Below are positions 62,025-64,000 of a stretch of DNA of 64,000 nucleotides, piece by piece (the stretch's first letter is position 1; each line of letters opens with the position of its first letter). This DNA is from Lama guanicoe. Taxonomy: Eukaryota. The stretch is taken from NCBI GenBank assembly GCA_013239625.1, contig MU054117.1, positions 1,300,011 to 1,364,010 of the forward strand, read 5' to 3'. The notes under the pieces are model-generated. The model saw nothing but the letters and a program-made list of their open reading frames with translations, did no database searches and was not told where the DNA came from. Position numbers and translations under genes: made by a program.

Positions 62025-63930
62025 GTGACTGCATCTCGAAGGCTCATTCCTAGCCTGCGTGTGTGGTGTCTTACAGAAGTTTTACACACAAAACATTATT
62101 TACATTCTTAACTTTGAGGAGGTAAATCAATCATCAATTCCGAAAGTTTGAAATTTTGTTAAGGAAATGTGTTCTCTGTGGAATTAGCAAGGAAATTGGG
62201 CAGCAAGTCAAGAAGAGCAATGTTTCGGGGTCACGCGTGCATTTCTTTAGGTAAAACCCTTATAAGGATATTTACAGCACATTTTAGAAGATTTGAAATT
62301 GTATCACAGAAACTCCAGCTGTGGCGAGCTCCCGCAATTACACCTTGTTAAACCAATGACTGCCAGTATTTTAGCACAATAACGGAAAAAATCAATACTG
62401 TGACAGCTGAAAAGAACAAAACCAGCCGCATGTGCACACCTGCCAGGAGTGGCTCTCCTGTGGAAGACGAGAAAGGAGAGCAGAGACTGGGGAGCCGGTC
62501 CGTGTGGAGTCCTGCTCCTTCCTCAGCCTCCTGGCGGCGTCACCGTGGGGCTCGTCTGCTGTGACACCCGCGGGTTCCCTCCGACAGGCTGGGGAAAGGG
62601 TGCCCCACCCAAGCGAACCCTGTTCCTTGTGTGCGGGCGGCGGGGCCTCCTGCTGGGGTGCGACGAGAGGCTGTGTTCTCCCCGCACAGAAAAGGCAGCT
62701 TGTTTCAGGGGAGACTGGTGAGCGCCACTCCACCAGCGAGTGGCCGCCCAGGCCCCACGATGACGGGTGACGCCCCTCGGAGGGTGCAGGGCAGATGAAG
62801 AGAACGGGCACACGGGCCTTCCCAGCTTGAGCTCTGCCTGGCACGCAACACTCCGACCCACGGAGCTTCCGAGCTGGCACTGTGTCTCTCGACTTCTTTC
62901 GCGCCCTCAGGAGACAGTCACGTGGGAGGCTTCCCGCCGTCAGTGTCCACGCCTTCCCACAACTTACCTCGTCCTCCCTCCTGGCTGTGTGCGCCAGTGA
63001 GAGGTCTACACAGCACTCTGAGGAGGGTTAGCACCAAGACACAGGCTTCTCAGGGACACAGGCGGTGAGTCCAGGGGGCGCGAGGCCACGGGTACGTGTG
63101 CACCGAGTGATCATCATTATCACTCTGCCTGGGGAGAGGGCCTCCTCGGTCAGACCTCCAGGGCATCAGATCAAAGGGCGACACTGACACAGCTGGGCTG
63201 TGTTTTTCAGCCAACTGGCCTGGAAAGGAGGGTCCAGACAGTGTCCTGGCAAGTGTTTAACACAGCAGCGCTCCATAAACGAGCGGAAAAGGATTCTTCA
63301 GGCCAACCTGCAGGAAAGGCTTCTTCGCCTTCTTCACTTCTCTTTACTTCCAGGTCAGTGTGGGTGCAACGTCCAAGCCCTGGGGGAGGCCCAGGGAGGC
63401 CCCGGGGAAATGTGCCTGACCCTGAGAGTTCAGAGCATTCTTCTAAAGACAGAGACTGAAGGATTCAGTCCACAGTACAGGTTTTTTTTTTTTAATTTTA
63501 AGACTGTGTATTATTAATTATCATAAAAGTACATCCCAAACCTACTGGCAGAGTATCTGATTTTTCTCTTTCCAGTTTGATGCAAGTCACTGTGAACCTC
63601 ACCAGGACACTGTAAAATCATGCTGGATAGGGTAGTTTATAAATAAAGTAACAACAGGAGAAACTCAGCTGTATGCCCTGGAAGTCCTCCCAGCGGTGCA
63701 TAAAGGTGACTATTAGCGCAGAACAGGAAACAAGCACAAAGGCATGAAACCGAACCCCGCCACGGCAGAAGCACTGCACACACGGGCGTCAGCGGGAACG
63801 AGAAAGCAGAGGGCACACGGCAGGGTTTAATGGGTTACAGAGACACAAGACGTGAGGATGACCGTGGGAAGGAAAGAAGTGAAGGCAAGCAGAGAACACG
63901 TGTGTGTGGTTAAGGAAAGCTGTTTCTCAC

Positions 63931-63970
63931 CGTTCTGAACAAAATGGCTGAACTAAGCACATCTGGCTGG
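63931..63970 (-). other. ERC1: Untranslated remainder of the ERC1 IWA cassette exon (whole exon 63931-63997, 67 nt)
   Basis: After the stop the minus strand reads CCAGCCAGATGTGCTTAGTTCAGCCATTTTGTTCAGAACG|GTGAGA, the first good donor consensus (GT at 63930-63929). The boundary is inferred from motif only. Confidence 0.65.
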
Positions 63971-63997
63971 CTATGCCCATATACCCTCCTCCTCATC
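63971..63997 (-). CDS. ERC1: ERC1 alternative (brain-type ERC1b/ELKS1alphaB) exon, coding part: DEEEGIWA*, the C-terminal PDZ-binding motif
   Basis: Reverse complement reads tag|GAT GAG GAG GAG GGT ATA TGG GCA TAG, with the acceptor tag at 64000-63998. This matches the recalled ...DQDEEEGIWA* end of ERC1b/CAST proteins. It lies upstream, on the same strand and in the same phase (0), of the other ERC1 exons. Confidence 0.93.
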   Translation of the reverse strand, partial: DEEEGIWA

Positions 63998-64000
63998 CTA

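Noticed and set aside
1..64000. Prokaryotic-type novel system (CRISPR array, operon, defence island) or intact autonomous mobile element
   Set aside because: The sequence is mammalian intron/intergenic DNA. I saw no repeat-spacer array, no dense gene cluster and no intact transposase or RT ORF.

Overview
Mammalian genomic DNA, GC-rich, with two assembly gaps. The eight tRNA-derived SINEs resemble the camelid vic-1 family, which suggests alpaca, llama or camel. The window holds the 3' end of ERC1 (ELKS/RAB6IP2/CAST2) on the minus strand: the brain-type cassette exon encoding DEEEGIWA* at the right edge (63931-63997), a 189-nt coding exon (46357-46545), and the terminal exon (CDS 28360-28497, ending ...VVNALEESS*) with a ~4.6 kb 3'UTR and two candidate poly(A) sites. 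None of these exons appears in frame in the ORF track. Downstream of ERC1 are two CpG islands (1-800 and ~6500-8150). The second has a consensus minus-strand splice donor and may be a non-coding first exon, perhaps the distal WNT5B promoter by recalled synteny. The rest is intronic or intergenic sequence with L1 (including a three-layer nest), L2, MIR, MER58-like, MaLR-like and SINE repeats. The ORF track is spurious GC-rich ORFs except for L1 ORF2 remnants. I found no convincing novel biological system. The most unusual observation is an intronic CpG island that appears to have grown out of an old L1 3' end. Gene and repeat identities come from recalled sequences, not database searches, and repeat boundaries are approximate.
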